Source: Schmidtea nova (taxonomy: Eukaryota). Taken from it: DNA of 60,133 nt. Each line of letters begins with the position of its first letter. Position 1 is the stretch's first letter. The stretch spans positions 18,972,001-19,032,133 of the forward strand of contig CM097884.1 of assembly GCA_044892505.1 (NCBI GenBank), in the 5' to 3' direction. The translations under genes were made by a program, and so were the position numbers. Under the pieces are notes generated by a model. The model made no database searches. It was given only the letters and a program-made list of their open reading frames with translations, and was not told the DNA's origin. Positions 11,939 through 21,043 of the stretch are shown in pieces.

Positions 11939-12406
11939 ATGATTAGAAACATTAATTACAAGGGTAAGACAGATGTATCACACATGAAATTTCCAAATGG
12001 AAAACCCCAGCAAATTGTAGATCGAAGTGGAAAATACCCAATAATATACTTTAAATCAGGAAGATATAGAATAATGGGATGCAGGGAATTTATTAGTGAC
12101 GAACAAGTTGAGTTTTACGATTTAAAGATACAATCGATAACTGTAACTGCAGATTTAGGATTTATTTGTAATTTGAATGAATTATCGAAATTAATACCAT
12201 GTGTTTACGAGCCAGAATTATTTCCAGCTTTGAGATATATCAAATATAATCCCATGTGTGTAAATATATTTGCAAGCGGAAAATTAGTCATATTAGGATT
12301 AAAAAACAAAGACTATAGTACTATAGTTGATGATATTATTTACGATATAAAATCAATTATAGAAGATAAAGCCTTTGTTGATTTCATACTAACATGTGAC
12401 TCATGA
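11939..12406 (+). CDS. TATA-binding-protein-like protein
   Basis: ITVTADLGF..NL, YEPELFPAL and IFASGKLVILG match the TBP second repeat; IYFKSGR resembles a degenerate first repeat. Confidence 0.85.
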   Translation: MIRNINYKGKTDVSHMKFPNGKPQQIVDRSGKYPIIYFKSGRYRIMGCREFISDEQVEFYDLKIQSITVTADLGFICNLNELSKLIPCVYEPELFPALRYIKYNPMCVNIFASGKLVILGLKNKDYSTIVDDIIYDIKSIIEDKAFVDFILTCDS

Positions 12407-12574
12407 CTGCAATATCGATGCATTAGAAATGCACGATTCTGATTGGCTCTGTGTGTATCGTTAGAATAAAGACATGTTGTGCATGCTTCATTCTGATTGG
12501 TTCATTATGTGTGTTTCAAATCATGTGTGTTTCTTTGATATATATACTATGAACAATCTCGCATATTCACAATA

Positions 12575-13221
12575 ATGTCTCTTACGCAAACACTAATTAA
12601 AAGCCGTAAGGATTTTTAATTATTTATTTATTAAAATTAATATTATTTCTTTTTTTAGAAAAGCTGATGAACGTCATATATCGGAAGCTGGAGGAACTGT
12701 TCCCAAATCTGATGCCGGCTCTGGTCTACACGGCTCCGGAGATGTTCCCATATAAAATTATGGTCCTGACTGGTATCGATATAAACCAGATTGTGCTCGA
12801 TCATATGACGAGCCAGAATACCGATTTGCCAGTGGTACCCGAGCACATTATCTGTGCGTACCAATGCGGAAGTTGTGTTGAGCGCATTCGCCAATTCAAC
12901 ATTTGGGTTTTGCGAAACTCATTGAAATTATACGAAGTCCAACAAATGGACAAAATCAATGAGGAGGAGGAGGAGGACCAAATCAAGGAAACCTGGCCCA
13001 ACTCAACTCCGGAGCCGACTGATGAAACAACAACAACAACAACAGAATTGGAAGCACCAACTCTAGATGGTCCGTTTCCATCCGATGAATCCGATGAATC
13101 CAATGATTGTATGGATTCGCCACAATCACCGGATTGTGCAGAATGCCATCGACAAGCTGATGGTGGTGTTGAGGAGGAAGAAGAAGAAGAAGAAAAAGAA
13201 AAAGAAAACACCGAACAATAA
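12575..13221 (+). CDS. Spliced accessory protein, Cys-rich and acidic (intron 12606-12658; 197 aa)
   Basis: GTAAGG...TTTTAG intron joins MSLTQTLIKS in frame to QKLMNVIY; paralog at 27609-28043. Confidence 0.7.
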
Positions 13222-13747
13222 TTTGATGTGTGTGTGTGTTTAATGTATTTAGTTTTTAGTTTTGTAATTTTAGATTAATAAAAGTTTTTTTTTTTTTTTT
13301 TTTTTATTCATTTTAGTTTTTATTTTTATTTAAATAATAGTAATACTTTTTGATAAAAAAATTTTTTATTAGTAGTTTTTTATTAACTATATAAAATAGT
13401 AATTAGTTTTTATTAAATAATTAGTAAGAAAGTGTTTTATGAAAGATAATATTAATAATAATAATAAAAAATAATAAAAATAATTGTTAAATAAACAAAT
13501 AAGTAAATACATTAGTAGCAGAACATTGCAAACAGAACCCTGGACGTAGAACTTATTCTGTGATTGTTTTTATATGAAAAAGCTTCATAATAAATAATTA
13601 AAACATACATGCATGCATACAACAAAGACATTGCAATACATGTGCATACTGTGTGCAAAACAAATGCATGAATATGATTGGACAAAGACATCCAGTCATC
13701 AGTATAAATACAAAGACATTTTATAAAATATTGTCACTATTTACAAC

Positions 13748-14164
13748 ATGCAATCACGAAAACAAAATCTCGATATATGCGATGAAAAAATATACCAGAC
13801 TGAGGTAAAACCAGTTCAGATGTACTATGACAGCCGACTTTATTTTTTGGTTAATGAAATACCGTATCGATTATCATTTCCGGTAAAATTAACAAAATCT
13901 TTATATGATAGTCTTGCTGTAATTATTGCCAAGGAAGATATTATCGCATTAAATAGATTATTTTCAAAGATGAATGTTAATTTGACATGTAAAGAAACCA
14001 TGTACATCAATAACAGAAAAACTCGGTTTCATGATGCTTTTCAAACTATTGATTTCATGGATCAAGAACACTGGTTCGTTACAGTTATTATTCAAGGGTA
14101 CAAGATTGATAAAAAAGATGTTGTTACTCCGATTTGGAGAGTTGACAATGCAAGATACGCATAA
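13748..14164 (+). CDS. Polinton accessory protein of unknown function
   Basis: 138 aa; clear paralog at 31656-32063 (shared PVQM, FLVNE, FHDAFQ, IQGYKID, PIW). Confidence 0.7.
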   Translation: MQSRKQNLDICDEKIYQTEVKPVQMYYDSRLYFLVNEIPYRLSFPVKLTKSLYDSLAVIIAKEDIIALNRLFSKMNVNLTCKETMYINNRKTRFHDAFQTIDFMDQEHWFVTVIIQGYKIDKKDVVTPIWRVDNARYA

Positions 14165-14228
14165 TTGTTTTTTAATAAATATTTTAGTATGAACAAATTT
14201 AGTTTTTATATTAGTTTTTGTTTTTAAA

Positions 14229-14816
14229 ATGAAATTAATTATAGTTATTTTATTATTATGTGTTGATAATACTGAAGGAGAACAAGCTTTGGAAGATTGT
14301 CAATCATCCCATCCGTTTCGAAAACAAGATAGTACTTGCGCGAGTTATAACGATATATGTCTTTACTCAAACATTGAATGCAATCAAATAAAATTACAAT
14401 GTAATCAATGTCCTTCCAAAAATAATGTGATTAATAAAGATATTGAAAAAATGATTAACAAAATAATGATGAAAATAGTTGAAAGATTAAAATGTATAAA
14501 TCAAACTATTGTTAAAAAAGAATATGAAGTCAGATACCAAAATCAAACAGTGGAAAACGAAAAAACAGCAATTGTTTTACATTATATAAGTTTATTTATA
14601 TTAATAATTATAATGATGTTATCGGCATCCATACGGCTGGAGAAGATTTCAAATATTCCAAAGAATAATATTCCGACAAATACTAGTATTCCGATGAATA
14701 ATATTACAATGAATAATAATAATATTCCTATGAATAATATTCCGAGTAATAATTCAGATGTAAATAATTTTGAAACGAAATTTTGTACACGTACACAACG
14801 ATATATTTATAAATAA
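14229..14816 (+). CDS. Predicted type I membrane protein with Cys-rich ectodomain
   Basis: Signal-like MKLIIVILLLC, Cys-rich segment, TM IVLHYISLFILIIIMMLSA, Asn-rich tail. Confidence 0.55.
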   Translation: MKLIIVILLLCVDNTEGEQALEDCQSSHPFRKQDSTCASYNDICLYSNIECNQIKLQCNQCPSKNNVINKDIEKMINKIMMKIVERLKCINQTIVKKEYEVRYQNQTVENEKTAIVLHYISLFILIIIMMLSASIRLEKISNIPKNNIPTNTSIPMNNITMNNNNIPMNNIPSNNSDVNNFETKFCTRTQRYIYK

Positions 14817-14830
14817 ATTTTGGCTTTTTA

Positions 14831-14995
14831 ATGTCTTTGTTTATGTTGTACATGTGTTGCACGCATGTGTCTTTGTTTAGTTTGCATGTGTATTGCAATG
14901 TCTTTGTTCATGTTGCACGCGTGTTGCAAAGTCCTTGCACGTGTGTTGCAATGTTTTTGTTAACTTGCACGCGTGTTGCAATGTCTTTGTTTAGT
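14831..14995. repeat. Imperfect tandem repeat of ATGTCTTTGTT / GTTGCACGCGTG units
   Basis: Several ATGTCTTTGTT and TTGCA(CGCG)TG copies visible. Confidence 0.7.
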
Positions 14996-15219
14996 TTGAA
15001 AGATAATAATTAAATAAAAAACATTAGTAGCAGAACATTTAGTATCAGAACCCTGGAAGCAGAACATTGCGATCAGAACCCTGGAAGCAGAACCTCTTCT
15101 GTGATGGTTTTGAAGTGCAAAAGCTTCATACTTGACAAATAATAATTAATTAAAAATGCACACATATAAAAATGTCTTTGTTTGCACACCTGTTGTAAAT
15201 ATTTTTGATGACTCTAATT

Positions 15220-15590
15220 TGGTCTTATAAAAATAATTTGTCTTAAAAAAAAAATTTTTGAAAAAAATAATTTGTCTTAAAAAAAAAAAAATTTTTTGAA
15301 AAAAATATTTGGTCTGAAAAAAAAATTATTGAAAAAAAAAATTTGGCGCGAAAAAAAAATTTTGAAAAAAAAATTGGCGCGAAATAAATATTTGAAAAAA
15401 AAAATTTGGCGCGAAAAAAATTTTTGAAAAAAAAATTTGGCGCGAAAAAAAATTTTGAAAAAAAAATTTGGCGCGAAAAAAATTTTTGAAAAAAAAATTT
15501 GGCGCGAAAAAAATTTTTGAAAAAAAAAATTTGGCGCGAAAAAAATTTTTGAAAAAAAAATTTGGCGCGAAAAAAATTTTTGAAAAAAAA
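15220..15590. repeat. Subterminal ~31-bp tandem array with 8 TTGGCGCGAAA (E2F-consensus) cores
   Basis: GGCGCG cores start at 15345, 15376, 15408, 15439, 15470, 15501, 15533, 15564; three degenerate units precede. Confidence 0.9.
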
Positions 15591-15597
15591 AAAATTA

Positions 15598-15771
15598 TGA
15601 CTCATCGATGACTCATCGATGACTCATCAAAAAAAAGTATGACTCATCGATGACTCATCAAAAAAATTTTTTTTTCTACCCCCCCCCGGGGGGAGGGGGG
15701 TCTTTGTTCTTTTTTTCCGCCCACGCATGAGTCATAATGTCTTTGTTCCCGGCTCCACACATCTACCTACT
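15598..15771. promoter_or_regulatory. Right terminal region with TGACTCA (AP-1-consensus) repeats and C/G-run palindrome
   Basis: Five TGACTCA in 15598-15660, TGAGTCA at 15728, C-run/G-run at ~15679-15700. Confidence 0.7.
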
Positions 15772-18700
15772 AGAGAAAGTAACAAGAAACTCACACCACT
15801 CTTCAAAGCAGAAGCACCATACCAAGCTAGACTAGATGCGATACAAGAAAAAGCAAAAGAATTGTTACCGGAATTCGAGAATAGTAAACATGCACTGGAA
15901 ATACTCGGTGCATTAGTTGAAAAAGTACACGCATACGCAAAAGGAACATACAATGGTAACGATATAACGACTATAAAAAAGGAGATGCCAGTAACATTTT
16001 TACTACCAAAGGACGGAATAATGCCCATACATAGAGCTCTACGAAATGGCAAAGATAAAAAAGTAATGGAAATTGCAAGAGTAATGTTAAACTGCGGAAG
16101 CAACATGAATATGGTAGACGAGAAAGGAGATACACTCATGATATTTGCAGCAAGGGCCAAAACGAAAACAAAAGTGCTGGAAGAACTATACAAAGCAGGT
16201 GCAGGACTTACAGGAAAGACAGACAAAGATAATTCAATTCTGGATGTAGCATTACTAACACATAATTGGGAAATGGTCAACTTCATTAAAACAATCTCAA
16301 ATCAGGAAGAAATAGATTACCTAACTGATACGGTCAGGAAACCCAGTGTACTAACAATGATGCATAATGTCGAACTAACAGAAGCAATACTTACGTGGAT
16401 AAATCCGAATACTATCGAACCAGCATTCAGGATTAATGAGTTTACAGAACATAACCAAAATTGGTGCATAAGAAGTGCCTTAATAACGTATAAATGGCCA
16501 GAGATATTGAAGATGTTTATGGAAAGAAAGGATCTAAGGATCACAACCAGCCCGAAGGAAGAAAAGTACACAGGCAAATGGAAAGAATTGATGAAGACAT
16601 ACATCAACAATTGGATCAAGGCCAAAAAGGAAATCTTAGAATATAAATCCACTAACAAAGTAATACCAGAACAGGTAGAAACACAAGAGTTTGAGGCAAG
16701 TAATCTAACGACATTAGCGTATGCGAAACTAATAGAAGAAATCAATGTCGAGGACGACATTTTCGACGAGCCAGGGGGAGATGACAATACAGATAGTGAC
16801 GACGGTAACAACGCAGAAAATTCAAACGATCACGAACCACCCGATAAAGAGGAAAACGAGAGAAAAGACAAGAAACGAGACAAGGAAGAAAAGAAAAGTA
16901 AAGACGAAAAACAAAGAGATGAAGAGGGAGAACAAGGAAAAAACGACCAAGGAGATAAAAATGACACCCAAAGAACAGGTTATAAATCAACCATAAAACC
17001 ATTCTTCAAACCAGAATTACTATTATTAACAGTGATTTTAACGTTAATTAACCCAAGTCAAGGAATGACATGTGAAGAAAGGGCAATAATACAAATAAAA
17101 AACGCGAAAGGAATCGAACGAGTATGTTGGTCAAAAAAGGACAAAATCACGGAACAAAATAGTCCGATGGATTGCAGAATCTCAAAACACGAGCAAGAGA
17201 TCATAGAGATCAATGACCTAGATCTAAATACCTGGTACAAAATATGCACCGTTAGAAAACAAAAGCATCCAAGATCACGCAACACAATCGCATGTGCAAA
17301 ATACCAAACACCTAAAGCAGCCATGACAATACAACAGTCACCCAAAGGAGATTACATCCTCGGAAAATGTGGAAGAACAGAGACACAGGGAACAGAAAAC
17401 AAAAAACCCCAGGCAATAGATAAGCAAGCAACACCAACCCTACGAATTACAATAAAGAGGCCCGAAGCAAGAGTTGCCACAAACGAAACCGAAAGAGTGT
17501 CTTACCAAATGGAAGTATTATGTTTAGCACTCATACTAATAATAATAAAACGATTAGAGGAAGGGATAGAAATCGAAACTATGACAATAACAGAAGTAGA
17601 AGATACACAGAATACTAACATAAAATGTTGGGCGAGGAATAACGAGGAAATCGGCGTAAATGAAATAAGGAAAAGTCGAAAACCAACAACGAATAAAGTA
17701 ATTAAAGTATCCGAAGTAAAAGCAGATAAAACGTACAAACTATGCCTACTAGAAAAAGAGAGAAACAAGAAAGGTACCAAAAAATGTAAAACATTCCAAC
17801 CTGGAGAAGTAATAAAGTTCAGAAGGAGAACGAGGAAGAGAAATAAACAAATCAAGCGGAAAGTAAACATAACATTAGAAATAAAAGAGATAGAACCAAA
17901 TGTGAAAGGAGTATGCTGGAGGAAGTACGAAAAAGAAGTAAATAAAAGAACGACACCACAATGTCGAACAAACACAGGAACAACGACGATTCAAATAAAA
18001 GGTTTAGAAAGTAAACAAACCTACGAAATATGTTTGGTAAAGAAAAATGATCAGATAACGATAAACGACCTAGAATGCGGAATATATACAACTTCATCCG
18101 GAACAAGAACCAAAACGTTAACACGGAAAAATAAAAGGAAACAACAAAACAAAGAAAAACCGAAGTACACCACTACCTTTAAAAACAATAAACAACCAAC
18201 AAACCAAGAAGTTACGACGAAACCCGAGAGAAAAACATCAGCAACTCTAACATTATGGAAAATAGAGAATAAAACATTAGAAATATGTTGGATAATAGTA
18301 CAGAAACATATAAGAAGACAATCAAGAGAATGCAGAAAAACAAATAAAGAAATCAAGATCGAAAAACTACAATTTAATAGCGAGTATGAAGTATGCGCAA
18401 TAGAAATAATGGACGCACTAGGAAACCAACAAGAAAGATTCGAAACCTACTATACACCAGTAAACGCGACATCAAAAGGAATAACAAGGAAACTCGAATT
18501 CAGGGAACTAAGCCAAACGAATGAACAAATGGACGCAGAAAAAATAATAATCGACCCTCAAGCAAAATGGACACCCGAAGAAGTTATCAAAGAAGTCAAA
18601 AGAAAGCAAGAGGAACGAGAACAATTAATGAGAAAACTAAAAGGACAATACGGAATAATGTTCAACCAAAGCAAATCTATACAAACAGACGAGAATTAAC

Positions 18701-18966
18701 AAATCAAAGAATTAATTGGCTTAGGAATATTAACAGCGACCATACCGGTAATAATCGCATTATCAGCTATATGGATACGCAAGATAAGCCCAAGAAAATC
18801 AACAACCCAATGGCTAAATATAGATAATACAAGCCATGGAGTCGAAATACTGGAAGCACGAGAAGAACCAAGATCGACCAGGAATGAGAAAGAAGCAAAA
18901 GGCGGAAAACTGGGAATGAACAACGAAGACAAAGAAATAGAAGAGATTAAAAGCAAAGAGACGTAA
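15727..18966 (+). CDS. Ankyrin repeats + acidic linker + internal signal-like peptide + four FN3-like repeats + TM; in-frame TAA at 18697-18699 precedes the TM
   Basis: About three ANK repeats (GIMPIHRA, GDTLMIFAA, DNSILDVA); CW...C...L.xxYxIC repeats; frame continues as LIGLGILTATIPVIIALSAIWI. Confidence 0.7.
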
Positions 18967-19008
18967 TATGAAAGGCGAACCAGAAGCCTACCGCAGAGTT
19001 CAAAATGG

Positions 19009-20469
19009 TTGGGTCTAACAATAATATTGACATTAATCAATAGGGAAGAAGCAATAAACCCACAGACAGGGATAAAAGTAATAAATGTTCAGGAAGTCGA
19101 GAAAATATGTTGGTATAGAGAAGATGAACCAATTGGAGAAAATAACCCACTAAAATGCATAATCCGAAAATCCGACCAGGATATAGTACGAATAGAAGAA
19201 ATGGATGGAGGGACCATGCATCGGATATGCATAATAGAAAAGGAAAAGAAGTCGGGGCTACCTAAGACAGTCGTATGTCAAAAATATGAAACACCTAGAC
19301 TTGAATGGTATAAAGTAAAACCAACAAAGAAGGAAATTAAAAACACAATAGATCAACCAGCAACTCAGATGAAAAACACAACGGACAAACCAAGAGAGGG
19401 GGAGAGAAGCACAAATAACACGAGAGAAGGAGTATCACCCCAACAAGATTTTGTATGCATAGCGTTAATAATAGCAATGTCCAAACGTATCGATAAAGGA
19501 ATAATAATAGAACAAATGGCTATGACAATAAGGAGAAAAGACCAAAGCAACAACATATGCTGGGGATGGTACAACGAACCTAGGGAATACCAAGTTCAGA
19601 CAAGCGACGAATCACGAACAAACCAGGAAACCGAAATACAAGAAATACAAATGAACGGAGAAGGAAGTATATGTATATGGGAGAAAGGAATCCAAGAAGA
19701 TCAAACCGGAATAGAAAAATGCAAGACATTCCAAAAAGGAGAGATTCTGAAATTCGATAAAAAAGAATTAACCAAAACAGAAAGAACTCTGACATTAACA
19801 GGACTTGATCAGACAGTGAAAGGAATATGTTGGACAAAGCATAACCCAGAAGGAGAAGAAGCCAACCTAACCCACTGTAAAGAAACAGGGAATAAGGAAA
19901 AAGTCGAATTAAAGAAAATGGAAGTAAATAAGACATACGCGATATGTACCTTCACCAGAAAAGGTTCAGAAAAACCAGAATGCGGATTATATCAGATCTC
20001 AGAGAAACTACAACAACAGATCAAACCAGGAAACGTGGAAAACCGAACAAAAGAAAATAACGTCAAACAACTACTAAACCGCCATTGGTCTACCCAAGAA
20101 GTAATGAACAAAATCAAGAGTCAAATACAGAAAGAGAAGAAGCCAGAGGCTCAAACCCAAAATGAGATAAAAGCGAATCAGAAGAAAATCAAAGCAACAA
20201 ACCGTGGAAAAACAGTAATAGGACTAATCAGTATAGGAATATTAATAGCATATGGAATACTGACGACAAGCATAATAGTATATTGGAGATACAGAAAGAG
20301 AAACAAAGCGACAGCCATACAATGGCCAGATATTAAAATTATGAAACAAAGAATAGAGATACCAGAAGAGATACAGAAAGAATTTCAAAGAAGAACGAAA
20401 GGTAAAGAATTCTGGAAACAAATAGAAGATGAAGAACGATACGAAGAAAAGACGATAATGATGGTATAG
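19009..20469 (+). CDS. Membrane protein with three FN3-like repeats and TM; no ATG start, same frame as the upstream ORF
   Basis: Paralogous to the FN3 module upstream (ILTLIN, VCIALII..KR, W.xEV, TM, QWxxI). Confidence 0.7.
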   Translation: MGLTIILTLINREEAINPQTGIKVINVQEVEKICWYREDEPIGENNPLKCIIRKSDQDIVRIEEMDGGTMHRICIIEKEKKSGLPKTVVCQKYETPRLEWYKVKPTKKEIKNTIDQPATQMKNTTDKPREGERSTNNTREGVSPQQDFVCIALIIAMSKRIDKGIIIEQMAMTIRRKDQSNNICWGWYNEPREYQVQTSDESRTNQETEIQEIQMNGEGSICIWEKGIQEDQTGIEKCKTFQKGEILKFDKKELTKTERTLTLTGLDQTVKGICWTKHNPEGEEANLTHCKETGNKEKVELKKMEVNKTYAICTFTRKGSEKPECGLYQISEKLQQQIKPGNVENRTKENNVKQLLNRHWSTQEVMNKIKSQIQKEKKPEAQTQNEIKANQKKIKATNRGKTVIGLISIGILIAYGILTTSIIVYWRYRKRNKATAIQWPDIKIMKQRIEIPEEIQKEFQRRTKGKEFWKQIEDEERYEEKTIMMV

Positions 20470-20594
20470 GGGCGGATTATGACTGTAAATAATAGTGTAA
20501 ATAACAAAGCATTACCGTAATAGTATGGGTATCGATATTATAAAAATTGTAAAAAGATAGAAAAGCAAAGTAAACGATGTATATAATTTAGAAA

Positions 20595-20951
20595 ATGACC
20601 GAACAAGACGAAACAACGGAAATAACTATGGCTATGAGATGGAAGGCACAATGCAATTTATTAGTACGAACAGTCAACTCATTACAGAACCAATTAGCGG
20701 AAAAACAAATGTTACTATCAGAAAGTTATAACAACTGTTTCGAACAATTACACAGAATAGAAGAACAACAAAGAATGATAACCGAACTCACCAGAGAAAA
20801 TCAAACGATAAGCAACATCAATCAAAGACAAGCAATAGAAATAAACCATTTAACACGAGGAGAAAGAGAAGAATCCGAAGAAGGATGGATGAGTTGGGTA
20901 ATAAATAGATTAAACAACGAAGCGGAACCAGATTCAACGAATGAGCCATAG
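20595..20951 (+). CDS. Coiled-coil protein of unknown function
   Basis: 118 aa with heptad pattern; shares the unit A spacer motifs. Confidence 0.6.
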   Translation: MTEQDETTEITMAMRWKAQCNLLVRTVNSLQNQLAEKQMLLSESYNNCFEQLHRIEEQQRMITELTRENQTISNINQRQAIEINHLTRGEREESEEGWMSWVINRLNNEAEPDSTNEP

Positions 20952-21043
20952 ATAAATAAAGCGGAAAATTGTAAATATGTAAAAATAAAAACAAGAAAAA
21001 TCAAAAATAAATGACAAGTCGAATGTATATATTATTGTAGAAA

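Larger units (their letters stand above)
1..15771 (-). mobile_element. Polinton/Maverick (adintovirus-like) element 1; left end outside window
   Basis: Hallmark set pPolB, PRO, MCP, mCP, INT and ATPase; right end ...ATGTCTTTGTTCCCGGCTCCACACATCTACCTACT at 15771 (revcomp starts AGTAG, a Polinton-type terminus) matching other termini at 32506, 48554 and 48988. Confidence 0.95.

Noticed and set aside
15243-15605. Phe-rich 120-aa ORF
   Set aside because: Translation of the E2F-site tandem array
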